Assembly (NCBI GenBank): GCA_963796275.1
Contig: CAWCKY010000002.1
Location: forward strand, 672,001-736,000
Direction of reading: 5' to 3'
Source of the DNA: an uncultured Acidobacteriota bacterium
GTDB taxonomy: Bacteria; Acidobacteriota; Blastocatellia; RBC074
DNA: 64,000 nucleotides
In this document: in pieces, positions 51,818 through 62,519 of the stretch
Layout: the number at the start of each line of letters is the position of its first letter
How positions within the stretch are numbered: position 1 is the first letter of the stretch
Notes under the pieces: generated by a model
The model's input: only the letters and a program-made list of their open reading frames with translations
What the model was told of the DNA's origin: nothing
Databases searched by the model: none
Translations under genes and position numbers: made by a program

Positions 51818-52135
51818 TCAATCCAGTGGGATAGTTCGCGAGACGACGCTTATAAGCTCATCCACGAATTTCAGCCCTTTCTTGATAACTCCCTGAGCGC
51901 CTGCCCTCTTAATTTCTTTTATCGTGATTGAATAAGTGGATGTACAGAAGAAGATGGGAGTATCAGGATCGAACGTGCGGATCAGAAGACAGAGTTCAAG
52001 TCCGGTGCCGTCTGGCAAATGATAGTCGAGTAAATAAAGATCGAAGCTTCCACTCATGGCCTTCGTAAGAGCATCAGCCTTACTGTAAGTCCCAACCACC
52101 TCATAACCCTTCAGAAGGTCAACTCTTCGACACAC
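51818..52135 (-). pseudogene. Response-regulator receiver domain, N-terminally truncated
   Basis: FDLYLLDYHLPDGTGLELC, TPIFFCT, AGAQGVIKK; first strand with the acidic pair is missing. Confidence 0.7.
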
Positions 52136-52222
52136 AAGATTTTCTTTTTTGACTCAGGCATAAGTTTCCGCCGTGACGAACTCAATCAGGCTGGTTGTGG
52201 AGCCAGGGCAATTTAGCGGTAA

Positions 52223-52420
52223 AAGTTCGCGAGACGACGCCCCTAAGTTCATCCACGAAATCTTGATAAGTGCTTGAGCGTCTGCTGCCTTAATTTCATT
52301 CATCGTGATTGAATAAGTGCACGTACAAAAGAAAATGGGTGTATTAAGGTCAACGTGCGGATCAGAAGACAGAGTTCAAGCCCGGTGCCGTCTGGCAAAT
52401 GATGGTCGAGTAAATAAAGG
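52223..52420 (-). pseudogene. Second, degenerate copy of the receiver-domain gene
   Basis: Shares GTGCCGTCTGGCAAATGAT, AACGTGCGGATCAGAAGACAGAGTTCAAG and AGTTCGCGAGACGACGC blocks with 51833-52045. Confidence 0.75.
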
Positions 52421-52971
52421 TCGAATTCTTGCGCGTCTGTTGCAGTTTGAAATCATCTGCTCACACAAGCGTTCGGGAAATTCTTGGCACTCTGTCTTAG
52501 TTGGTGCTTCTCCCATAACAACAGATCGATGCTAGGTCAAAAGCCATAAAAATGACGTAAAGGGTCCATAAAAAATTCATAAATGCCAGCCGCCGCCACA
52601 CAAAAGAACCAGAGACTTCGGGCCGGAAGTATTGATGAAATGAACAACGGGTTCCGCTTCATCTGGACTGCTTTCGTCAAACTTCATCGAGCAATCTCCC
52701 GTTTGGTAGAAAAATCCATGGGAGCAGCGGAATATTCCTCGCCGGTATCGCCAAAATCCTCATCCTCAGCCTAAAGGGTCTTGGTATGTGTGATCCGCAC
52801 CGCTCTTTACTTGCAAAATAGAGTCCTAAGAAAACAGGGGGATCCCCGTAATAGATGGGGAAATCCCGATAACCGTATGCTTCTATAACAAAACAGTGGG
52901 TATTTATTTGATCCGTACTACTGCGGATCATTGGCTGAATCGCTAGTGGATTCAAATGGTTTAAATGAACT

Positions 52972-53300
52972 TCAGACTTTCAACTGCAGGTATATTCGCA
53001 CAGCCCCACTACTCATTGGATAAATTGGAAACGCGCGCACCACGACGTCGCCTGCAGCGTGGCTCGGGTAAAGGATGGGGAATTCTTCGAAGAGGCCGGG
53101 CGTGTCGTCGAGAACGACTATGCCGTCGGATTCGCGGTGCCCGGCGCGGGCGACTTGAACATAGCGAATACCATGAGCGCGCAGCCGAGGCAGGATGTGT
53201 TTCTCCACCTGGATTCTTACATCGATCGGTTCGTCACCGGTTTGAGCTGTGAACACAATCAGGTCTTCGGCCAGATCGAAATCAAGTCGCGCACCTGGTT
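52972..53300 (-). pseudogene. Fragment of a PP-loop / PAPS-reductase-like protein of mobile elements
   Basis: DFDLAEDLIVFTAQTGDE...VEKHILPRLRAHGIRYVQVARAG..DGIVVLDD; lacks start and C-terminal part. Confidence 0.4.
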
Positions 53301-53433
53301 GACTCCATGCTGCTAGAACGGCAGTTATGTGGAATTAAAAGTCAACAGATGTACCACATTGCCTTCACCTGCATGGTAATTGAATCTCATGCAATCAAAC
53401 TTGGCTAGTATACTACTTAGTGGGATACTTCTT

Positions 53434-53812
53434 GTGGGCGATGAGGCGCAAAAACTATACACATTCATTGAACTGCCAGTATTCACGCGGCAGCTCGAGG
53501 CGTTGGCCTCATTCGAGACGCTCTATGCTATCCAGGCTGATCTATTTGGCCGACCCGGAGCGATAGCCAGTGATCAAAGGCACGGGCGGCGCACGCAAAG
53601 GGCGCGTCGGCGACCCACAGGATTCACGCGGTAAGAGCGGAAGCTTTCGCTACATCTATCTCTATCTGGAGCACCGCGGCAGAATTTTCCTGCTGCTATT
53701 CTTCAGCAAGAATCAACAGGCCAATCTCTCACCGGAGCAGGTCAAACAGGTCGCGGTTGCGGTTGAGAGGGTAAAAGAAGCAAACAAAGGCAACGAGGAG
53801 GAGAGGTCATGA
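53434..53812 (+). pseudogene. RelE/HigB-family toxin, disrupted
   Basis: YTFIELPVFTRQ...IQADL then a frameshift to LADPER*PVIKGTGGARKGR...RGKSGSFRYIY...FSKNQQANLS; one frameshift plus one in-frame TAG. Confidence 0.8.
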
Positions 53813-54147
53813 AGACCGGCAAGAAGAAACAAAAAAAGCAGAAGTACATGAGTGATGAACTATTCGGCGAGTTGACGCTGTCTCTTGACCAAGCTCTGCA
53901 GTACTCACACGGCGGACAGGTCAATGCGCGCACGACCGTGCTTCCGGCTCCGCCGAAGCCGATGTCGCAGAAAGAAATCATCAAGCTCCGCGAGCAGTTC
54001 AATTGCTCGCAAGCAGTTTTCGCGCGGCTGCTCAACGTCAGTGTCAAAACCTTACAGGCCTGGGTGCAAGGTGTGCGAGTACCAAGCGACGCCGCGTTGA
54101 AATTGCTGACATTGCCAAAGCATCACCCTAAGGTCTTGCTTTTCTGA
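53809..54147 (+). CDS. HigA-like XRE/HTH antitoxin
   Basis: [45 protein letters not shown]; overlaps the toxin stop. Confidence 0.88.
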   Translation: MKTGKKKQKKQKYMSDELFGELTLSLDQALQYSHGGQVNARTTVLPAPPKPMSQKEIIKLREQFNCSQAVFARLLNVSVKTLQAWVQGVRVPSDAALKLLTLPKHHPKVLLF

Positions 54148-54601
54148 CGAGGTTGCCGGATAGAAGTATTGGGGCGAATGAATCGCCCTGGCCAAGGAGA
54201 TGATGGACACCAAGGGATCATTTTCCAATGAGTGGATGCTCACAGACGACCGTAATAAATTGTAGCCGTCCCCCGCCCACCTGACTTGAGGTGGGCTCAC
54301 TGTAATGGACCTGAGTCTGATCCGTGCTGTGGTGCAAAGCTGCGATTGATACCCATAATCTCGGCCCCCCAAATAACACTCATTCCATCTGGTTTCGTGC
54401 TATACTCCCGTTGTCTCAGTTCTCCTACTCTCCAGCATCAACGGTGATGCCTTGTTCGTCGGTTCGGACTTACGTGGTCGGTTGCTTCGAGAGCAGGTAA
54501 ATGATAATGCTACGAAGCCGCTCTGTAGTCTGAGTGCCGCTGCCGCCAGCCGAGAACCGTTCCCGCCTCGCGCCCGCCTGCTTCACTTTCTTAAAGAAAA
54601 C

Positions 54602-54889
54602 ATGCCAATTAAATTGTATGTCGGAAATCTGTCGTTCAGCACGACAGCACAACAGCTAGAAGATTTGTTCGCACAATCAGGACAGGTTGAGTCCGCAAGA
54701 ATCGCAACTAATCGTGACAGAGGTCGCTCACGCGGGTTTGCCTTTGTTGAGATGACGACCTCGGAGGAGGCACTAGCGGCGATTCAGGCGCTGGACGGAC
54801 AAGATGTCGATGGCCATATGCTCAAAGTCAACCAGGTCAGGCCCAAAGAGGACAGCAGAGGCCATACAGCACACAAACGCAACATCTGA
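54602..54889 (+). CDS. RRM (RNP-1) RNA-binding protein
   Basis: KLYVGNL (RNP2) and RGFAFVEM (RNP1). Confidence 0.92.
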   Translation: MPIKLYVGNLSFSTTAQQLEDLFAQSGQVESARIATNRDRGRSRGFAFVEMTTSEEALAAIQALDGQDVDGHMLKVNQVRPKEDSRGHTAHKRNI

Positions 54890-54927
54890 TGCGAAATCTG
54901 TTTTCCGCAGAATGTGGTTCGCCTTCG

Positions 54928-56163
54928 CTATGGGAGCCTAACTAAATTAGATAGGAGTGACGGCGCGTGTATGAACGACTCTGAGATATAGTCCGTGCAG
55001 TTAAGAATGTCATTGACGAGTTCCGTTACCGCAGATTCATCAATTCGCTCGGCACTGACATCGATGATGAGAGATGCCGGTTGCAGCAACGGATCACTGT
55101 GCCGCGTGATTGCAATCACACTGGCCTGACATTCGAACCATTCCGCGATCGCTCGAGCAATGGTCTTCGTGAAGTAAGCGTAAACTTTTCCGGCATGATA
55201 AACCGGATTCTTACCGAAGGCGGCTTCCATCGAATGCGGGCGGTAGACTGAGATCACGCCGCTGACCGGGTTCCCGCGCCCGACCAAGCCCTCCTCGCCG
55301 CACTCGATACAACTCCCCGTGCCGAGTAGATAAATCTTTTTCGGACCGTACGGATTGCCGGAACTGGTGTTGACATTCAATCGAACCCGATGAGTGTCGC
55401 CGATCAGTTCGTCCGCGCGGCGTTGAAGTTCGAGCGACAACCAGGCCAGACTTTCGTCATAGGCACTCCGCGTTGCGATTTGTCTCGACAGCAGGGGCAC
55501 ATTCATCGTGATCTCGACTTCTGCGCCGCGGCGCATCGCCAGAATCTTGAGGTCTTCACCGAAACAAGCGCCCGCCGGCGATCTGTCCGAACAACGCTCG
55601 ACCTGGCGCTCCAATTCAATGGCCAGATTCTCGAGCGGAGAGAGCGGCCAATATCCGACGGCGATCATTGAGTCGCTTGCCGTGGCCGAGGCGTATTCCG
55701 GCAGGTCGTCCATCGTTCGTGGTTTGAACCAGGCATCGTATTTCGAATAATTGCTGGTCATGCGAGAAAAGCGAAGCCAGGAGTCCGGATCGAAATTCCG
55801 GAGCCGGTCACGCAGCACTCTCCGAACGGCCTCCTCCTGAATGGCCCAGATGTCTATCTCCTGATCTCCGAAGGATGTGCTCATCCGGCCCGACAAGCTG
55901 ACAGTGACGGGCTTTCTGAATTCAGAGACCCCGAAATCGGTCCTAAAATGCCCGCCGATAATCGCAAGCTTGTCGACATTATGATGGAGAACTGCGCGAA
56001 AGTTTTGCAGGCAATAGCTGGCGTATGTACATGAGATTTCTTCGGCCATCGCGTCGGCCAGGGAATCAGGATGCCCTTTCCCCTTTCGCTCAACGACCTC
56101 AAACTCTGAGGCGTTCGGAAAGCTGATGTTCGTCCGCACATTAAGAGATTGATAGTAGTCCAT
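54928..56163 (-). CDS. Archaeal-type S-adenosylmethionine synthetase (methionine adenosyltransferase)
   Basis: EVVERKGKGHPDSLAD, LHHNVDK, GEDLKILAMR, GEEGLVGRGN, SMEAAFGKNPVYHAGKVY: archaeal-class MAT motifs, not MetK. Confidence 0.9.
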   Translation of the reverse strand: MDYYQSLNVRTNISFPNASEFEVVERKGKGHPDSLADAMAEEISCTYASYCLQNFRAVLHHNVDKLAIIGGHFRTDFGVSEFRKPVTVSLSGRMSTSFGDQEIDIWAIQEEAVRRVLRDRLRNFDPDSWLRFSRMTSNYSKYDAWFKPRTMDDLPEYASATASDSMIAVGYWPLSPLENLAIELERQVERCSDRSPAGACFGEDLKILAMRRGAEVEITMNVPLLSRQIATRSAYDESLAWLSLELQRRADELIGDTHRVRLNVNTSSGNPYGPKKIYLLGTGSCIECGEEGLVGRGNPVSGVISVYRPHSMEAAFGKNPVYHAGKVYAYFTKTIARAIAEWFECQASVIAITRHSDPLLQPASLIIDVSAERIDESAVTELVNDILNCTDYISESFIHAPSLLSNLVRLP

Positions 56164-56367
56164 GCGATCTCCTCAATCGTTCAAGAACAGGTTGACGCCC
56201 AAACTAAAACAGCCCCTCGCCTGAGCAAGGAGCTGGATTTAGCGTTTCTATGAAAATGGCGCTTGCCGCCAGCCGCGCGGAAAACCCGAGCACTTGTGGT
56301 AGCAATGCAGGACTCTACGGCCGCGCCGCCACGAAGTAAGATTTCCGCCGCCTCAGCGACGTGAGTG

Positions 56368-57138
56368 TCATTCAATTAACAACCGCTTGATTGAGGCATC
56401 CTCGTCCTGGGTATATTCGATACCACGGACGACCACCACCGGACGGCTCTCGTTCGCCTGCCCCATGATCAGAGAAGCGGCGGCCGCCAGTTCGTCGACC
56501 AGCGCAATCGATGAATTCGCTTGGTTCCCGAAGAGGTCATGCTGCCGTCGTTCTTCGAGATGTCTGATGCCCGCGATTCCGATGGCGATCCCGATGGAGC
56601 CCTCCCGGTCCGGTTTTCCGAAACTGTCCGAGATGATAACGCCCACATCGGCCCGGATCATTTCTTTGATCTTCTGACGGATTTGTCTTGCGCTGCGATC
56701 CGGGTCGCGCGGGAGAAGGACCACCACTCCTTCATCATGCAGAGCGATATTCGATCTATCGACGCCTGCCCCGGTGCAGATGAACCCAAGGCGATGTCGG
56801 GTGATCACCATTCGTCCTTTCGTCCCCAGTATTTCATCGCTCTCCCGGAGATAGACTTCACAAAGTCGCGGGTCACGGCCGGTCGACTCGGCCAGTTCGA
56901 CGGCCCGCGGAGAAGGCTCCACATCCGCTAGACGGACAACCGCGCCCTCGGCTTTACTGACTATCTTCTGGGCAACGACAAGAACGTCTCGCTCGGCAAT
57001 GGTGAATCCGTCCTTCAGGGCAGCCTCGACGATCAGTTCGCCAAGATCAGCGCCCCGAGTAATCAACGGCAGGTTCGGAACCCCATACAGCCCCGCGGAC
57101 CAACGTCCGAGGTTATGTGGACTGCCTTCGCTCGTCAT
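56368..57138 (-). CDS. cofE: Coenzyme F420-0:L-glutamate ligase (CofE)-like protein
   Basis: LPLITRGADL, DVLVVAQKIVSKAEG, AGVDRSN, LLPRDPDRSA, IISDSFG, DELAAAASLIMGQ, PVVVVRG. Confidence 0.88.
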   Translation of the reverse strand: MTSEGSPHNLGRWSAGLYGVPNLPLITRGADLGELIVEAALKDGFTIAERDVLVVAQKIVSKAEGAVVRLADVEPSPRAVELAESTGRDPRLCEVYLRESDEILGTKGRMVITRHRLGFICTGAGVDRSNIALHDEGVVVLLPRDPDRSARQIRQKIKEMIRADVGVIISDSFGKPDREGSIGIAIGIAGIRHLEERRQHDLFGNQANSSIALVDELAAAASLIMGQANESRPVVVVRGIEYTQDEDASIKRLLIE

Positions 57139-57194
57139 AGATACCTCCTCACGCACTTTCAAACTAAAGATCGGTCGAAATCTGCCCGAAAGAC

Positions 57195-58151
57195 TCATCT
57201 GGCAACCTGATCCGAAATGTGCGCGGCCACATCTTCCAGGGTTCCGGAGATATATTTGATCTTGAGATCGCCAAGCAGGTAGCGGATAAGTTCGCGCCGC
57301 GCAAAATATGCCTCCGGACAGTCTAGAGGAGGCATATAATCACCGAAATCGAACTTCGCGCCAAGGAGCATCGGCGTGGTCGTCGCTCGAATATACCGAG
57401 AGAAATTTTCATTGAGATAGAGCCGGGGAATCAACCCATCATAATCTTCGATGTAGAACCTCTGTTGTGCCTGGTCGATATGAACAAAGAACGCGCCAGC
57501 TACATTTAAGGGCAGCGATGCCTCCTCTATTCCCAAGCGACGAGGAGAAACATTCACTTTCTGCAGCCAGGCGTCCCGCTGCGGCTCAGGGAAATGACAG
57601 AGCAAGTCCTGGCAGTTTCGTTCAATCGATGCGCGACGTAAAAGCACGTTTCTCGAACCGGCGATGACTGACGCCGATCGCTTCTGAGACGAGACACCGC
57701 CGAAGACGCAAAGATCGTTGGCGGCAAGTCGAAAACCGTGCCGGAGACAGAGGCGGATCGCCGTTGTGGTCTTCCCAGCCCCGACGTTTCCTAACAAAAG
57801 CGCCGCTTTATCGTCACGCGCGACGGCGGCGCAATGCGCGGTGACATATCCCTGCAATTGCATTTCTCGCTCAAGCAGGAGATGGGCGAAATGGAGCAAA
57901 CTGGCTCCGTCATCCAGCGATTCTGATGGACATTCAATCTGCAAATGTCTCCGGTCGGCCGAAAGACGGAGAGCGCAGGATCCTGACGTCGCGGTATGCT
58001 CGAGCAGCGGCTCGGCAATCGCTTCCGACCGCGTGATGCTGATCAATGGCGGAGCGACGGATATACCGAGCCGCTCATACCTGGCTGACAAATCTGCCGG
58101 CGAGACCACAGACACGGAAAATCGACCGATGCTTGCGGTGAAAATACCCAT
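57195..58151 (-). CDS. HPr kinase-like P-loop kinase
   Basis: AHCAAV, LLLGNVGAGKTT Walker A, LAANDLC (D at the Walker-B-like position). Confidence 0.7.
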   Translation of the reverse strand: MGIFTASIGRFSVSVVSPADLSARYERLGISVAPPLISITRSEAIAEPLLEHTATSGSCALRLSADRRHLQIECPSESLDDGASLLHFAHLLLEREMQLQGYVTAHCAAVARDDKAALLLGNVGAGKTTTAIRLCLRHGFRLAANDLCVFGGVSSQKRSASVIAGSRNVLLRRASIERNCQDLLCHFPEPQRDAWLQKVNVSPRRLGIEEASLPLNVAGAFFVHIDQAQQRFYIEDYDGLIPRLYLNENFSRYIRATTTPMLLGAKFDFGDYMPPLDCPEAYFARRELIRYLLGDLKIKYISGTLEDVAAHISDQVAR

Positions 58152-58170
58152 ATTAATTATCCCACTTCTT

Positions 58171-59487
58171 TCAGTCCATGCCGGCGGTGGTGGATTCGGC
58201 ATCCCAAGGCCCTGGGCGCAGTTCGAAAGGTATGGACTCCCACTCGTAGATGCGGCCAAGAGGCCGTCGCCTGAGGAAGGACTCGCGCAGCAGCGAAGCC
58301 TGGAGATAGAGAGATTGTTCGATTTCAGCGGGAGTCGCAGCATTGATCTCTCCCCAATAAGTCATGACTCGGCACAAGTAGATCGCGACTAACTGGTCTC
58401 GGACCTGGAAGAAGTTTCCGGGCGTCAACATTCCGAGTGCGGAGATTAAGGCGTTGCACCATGTCTCGGCGTCGATCGCCGGCAGATTCGGAGCGGAAGG
58501 GTTGCCAATGTAACCTGGCGTACCGGTAACGATTCCCGGAATGATCGCAGCCATACTGTCATGCTGAGTTAAATACCGACGCACTCTTTCAAGAACCTCG
58601 TTGACGGCTTGCTCTTTCGGCGTCTCCGCAACGGCGTCGATGGAAGTATGATCGGCCAGCCGAAAATCCTGACTTCCCGATTGTGATTCCTCGCCGCCGA
58701 CCCGGCCGGCTTGTGAGGTGAGAAGTATTCGCATCAAGGTGTCGAGGACCTGCTGCGACATATGTAATATTTTGGGGAATCCCGGGTTGTGGAGTTTTCG
58801 TGACAGCCGGACTTCGGCGACGTTCAAGCCCCGCGCGAGCGCGTTCGCTGTCAGAAAAATGTCGATCCCATAGAGGAGAGCGCTCTCGGCGGACGGCCAG
58901 TCGAGAGCCATTCTTATGAATTCCCGATTCATGGCGAATTCTCCGGCAATCGGCTGCCGGATGTGCCGGCCGAAGACGGCGTAGAGCAACGGCACGACGA
59001 TGTGGTTGGTGGTATTGCCTTCGTATTTGTTGCGCGTGTAAATCGGAGAGATCAAAGCGGGCCTGGATTCGCCCAGAGCAGGAGATAACAGCTTATCCAC
59101 CCAATCAGGAGAGATCGTTCGCACATCCGCGTCAAAAAGGCACGCGGCTTTTGCGAGCGTCGCCCTCGCGAATCGCAGAACGGCGAAGATATTCCTTCCC
59201 TTCCCCTTCTTGAGGCTGCCCGTATCTATTGCGATCTTTTCGGCCGTTGTCGGAGTCGATAGAAAACAGGCGGAGGTTCCGTCATCGCTGCCACTGTCGG
59301 CATTGACGATCGCTGCGGTCAGATGCGGGAAGAATGTTCGCAAACCGGCGTCTATAGTCTCCACTACCTGCCGGATTGTGCGAGCTTCATTGTATGAGGG
59401 AATGCCCACTACGATGTCTCGAACTCGCCCGGCATTATCGATGGTCGCGACGTCTATGCTCTCGAAGCCTTTAGTCATGCTATCCAT
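58171..59487 (-). CDS. GT-A glycosyltransferase, glucosyl/mannosyl-glycerate synthase-like
   Basis: VGIPSYNEARTI, NADSGSDDGT, GKG, FDADV (DxD), Y.RNKYEGNTTNH, IRQPIAGEF, YGIDIFLT. Confidence 0.8.
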   Translation of the reverse strand: MDSMTKGFESIDVATIDNAGRVRDIVVGIPSYNEARTIRQVVETIDAGLRTFFPHLTAAIVNADSGSDDGTSACFLSTPTTAEKIAIDTGSLKKGKGRNIFAVLRFARATLAKAACLFDADVRTISPDWVDKLLSPALGESRPALISPIYTRNKYEGNTTNHIVVPLLYAVFGRHIRQPIAGEFAMNREFIRMALDWPSAESALLYGIDIFLTANALARGLNVAEVRLSRKLHNPGFPKILHMSQQVLDTLMRILLTSQAGRVGGEESQSGSQDFRLADHTSIDAVAETPKEQAVNEVLERVRRYLTQHDSMAAIIPGIVTGTPGYIGNPSAPNLPAIDAETWCNALISALGMLTPGNFFQVRDQLVAIYLCRVMTYWGEINAATPAEIEQSLYLQASLLRESFLRRRPLGRIYEWESIPFELRPGPWDAESTTAGMD

Positions 59488-59696
59488 ACTCAATCTCCTG
59501 AAATTCGAGTTATCTGCAGCCCTGATCGATAAACCGCGCAATGAACGGATCGGTCACAAATCGCTCCCCGCACCAATAGATTGTCCGATCGCTTATTTGT
59601 TGAAAGGCGAGGCGTGATCATCCGGCGGCCACCTGACTTATGTTTCGACCCGGACCCGGCGTTCTCATCTGGCTGTCGAGTTGCAGGCTTGCTGGC

Positions 59697-60167
59697 TTAT
59701 GGAATGATCGGTAAATTGACGAGGATGAATCGCCCCTCCAATTCCACATATCTGCTGATCACTTCATAACCTTGACAGGCCTGGCGCATGGCATCCTGCG
59801 CGTTTTCCCCGGTTCTGATGCGAAACACATTTCCGACTCCGTGGCCGCTTCCGGCGTCACGGACACGAACCGTTACCAGGAACTTGACAGGCATCCCGAG
59901 TATTTCCCGGCGCATCTTCTTGAACTGTCTCGCAGACACGATCTTGACCGGCTGAGACGTGGTCCCTATCGATGGATACAAGGCCAGGGCAGACCTACGG
60001 TTTCCTGTGTCCCCCTTATATTCTTCAGGAATCCCTTTCCACTGTTTTAAAGTCATCGGGATATAGCCGTACTTCTCGACGTATTCCCACTTTTGCGGCT
60101 CCTTGCTCGATCTACATAACTTCCGGCGCGGTTTCCCGCCTCGAACTTTTTCCATGCTCTCCTCCAT
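59697..60167 (-). CDS. Hypothetical basic protein
   Basis: 156-aa ORF; GGAGGAG inside the 5' end suggests a start at the second Met. Confidence 0.45.
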   Translation of the reverse strand: MEESMEKVRGGKPRRKLCRSSKEPQKWEYVEKYGYIPMTLKQWKGIPEEYKGDTGNRRSALALYPSIGTTSQPVKIVSARQFKKMRREILGMPVKFLVTVRVRDAGSGHGVGNVFRIRTGENAQDAMRQACQGYEVISRYVELEGRFILVNLPIIP

Positions 60168-60369
60168 CGATCAGTTATGCGCAAAATGATTTCTACAAAT
60201 GAACGATCATGAAGCTGTCCGGAAGCGCCGCCAGTGACCGCCCGGCATGGGTTGGAAGAAGACGTAATCCGCCGGCTGATATCAGGATTCGTGTGAAATG
60301 GTGAGGGACCGAGAATCGTAGCTGTTCCGACCGAGTGGAGAGCGATCGGCGTATCTGGACTCCGAGCAA

Positions 60370-60930
60370 CTAACTTCCGTTGATCCAGCCTTCCGGAATA
60401 TGCGCCAACTGATTTCGAAGAAGCGTCTGTTCCACCAAGCCGACGAGCGGTGGTGGAGATTCCCGCTCGCCCCTCTTCATCAGAGTCCAGACGCCATGTA
60501 ACTCATTACGGGTCCCCCAGACTCTGTCTCGTAAACACTCGAGCAGATCGATCCTGTTATACAAAGCAAGTACGTCTGAGTTGACCAGTAAAAGAGTCTT
60601 GTCCGACCGCGAAAACTCTCGTTCAACCCCAGGCATTGAACGTCCTACCAGGATCATCAAATTTTTCCAGTCGGGACCGCCGTGCTGAGCGTTGTGAGCT
60701 TCAAGCACGACATTCCAGTCAGCGTTAGCTATGTTCGCCTGCTCGCGCATGATGCGGATGAATACCTCACTGAGATCTCGGCGCTCCAGGTCAAAGCGGT
60801 TGAGCAGTTTCGATTCCGCCGCTTCCAGATGCGTCTCCGGGGCAGTCAGGATCAAGAATGCGCCTTCGCGCGTAGCTCGCCGCAATCGATCGTCTAAAAT
60901 TCGGGCATCCACTTCTTCTGGTGTAAGCAT
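60370..60930 (-). CDS. Stand-alone domain resembling the C-terminus of BREX/Pgl kinase PglW
   Basis: AAAGGAG RBS before MLTPEEVDAR; RLRRATREGAFLIL, WNVVL...DWKNLMILVGRSMP, TLLLV...LALY..IDLLECLRDRV, HGVW, AHIPEGWI. Confidence 0.65.
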   Translation of the reverse strand: MLTPEEVDARILDDRLRRATREGAFLILTAPETHLEAAESKLLNRFDLERRDLSEVFIRIMREQANIANADWNVVLEAHNAQHGGPDWKNLMILVGRSMPGVEREFSRSDKTLLLVNSDVLALYNRIDLLECLRDRVWGTRNELHGVWTLMKRGERESPPPLVGLVEQTLLRNQLAHIPEGWINGS

Positions 60931-61149
60931 TGCTATCTCCTTTCGACGCATTTCCGCCCGCCTTGTTTTAGTCCGGCGCCGGATTCAAGCTGATTTATCG
61001 GTTCAAATCCTTTTTCGAGAACCAGGATTAGTAGGCAATGCTCAAAATCGGCAGTTCTGGTCAAGAAATGACTCCACAAATGGCTATTTTTCTGGAGCTG
61101 TAGTCTAAGCTGGCTTCCCCATCCACCAAACCATTGTTTTCGTCGGTTC

Positions 61150-61500
61150 GGCCTCAGCAGCACCTCGTCGATGCGGTATCGATCCAGATCAAGGACTTCA
61201 AGGTAGAACCCACTCTACTCAAAGTGTTCTCCTGGTACCGGAATTCTACTTATTCGCATCAGGATCAAACCGGCAAACGTGTGGTAATTGTCTCGCTCTA
61301 CTCCGGACAATTTCAGATGTCCAGCAGTTGTTTGAACTCATCAATCGGTAATACGTAATACTCCATCGATCCGCCACAGTCTGTCCTCACGCTGCACAGC
61401 AGGAGGTTCTTCTGACAAATCGGAAGACCGGATGTCACCGACAATCGGTTCTATGATGTTGTGATGTGTGAGCATCCCTTGGGTGCCGTAGATACTCTTC
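61150..61500 (-). pseudogene. Hemolysin/CorC_HlyC C-terminal remnant
   Basis: IIEPIVGDI...AVQRED..WRIDG, PIDEFKQLLDI*, YHTFAGLIL, LEVLDLDRYRIDEVLL with stops and frameshifts. Confidence 0.65.
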
Positions 61501-61536
61501 CTCCCTACTCGCATTGAACGCGGCGGGATCGAGCCT

Positions 61537-62302
<766 letters not shown>

Positions 62303-62359
62303 AACTGCTGGCCTTATTCTCCAGAAAAGAAAACCACTACCAAAAATCCTTACGGACTC

Positions 62360-62413
62360 GGTAGGAGTCATCAACTGCACTCAAGCAGTGGTTGCGGGGA
62401 ACCCCATCCCCAC
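62360..62413 (-). ncRNA. Fluoride (crcB) riboswitch
   Basis: Minus strand GGGGATGGGGTTCCCC-GCAACC-ACTGCTTGAGTGCAGT-TGATGACTCCTAC matches the fluoride riboswitch consensus and lies directly upstream of crcB. Confidence 0.9.
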
Positions 62414-62519
62414 GATTTAAGCATACAAGTTTTTTTTAGGGCAAAAGACGGAGCAGCAGCAAACAAGTAATACTCAAATACGCTTTGCGATTGCGGTCAT
62501 AACGAATGACAGGGTTTCA

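Noticed and set aside
56368-57138. Evidence of F420 biosynthesis on the element
   Set aside because: Only a cofE-like gene is present; no cofC, cofD, cofG/H or fbiC in the window.
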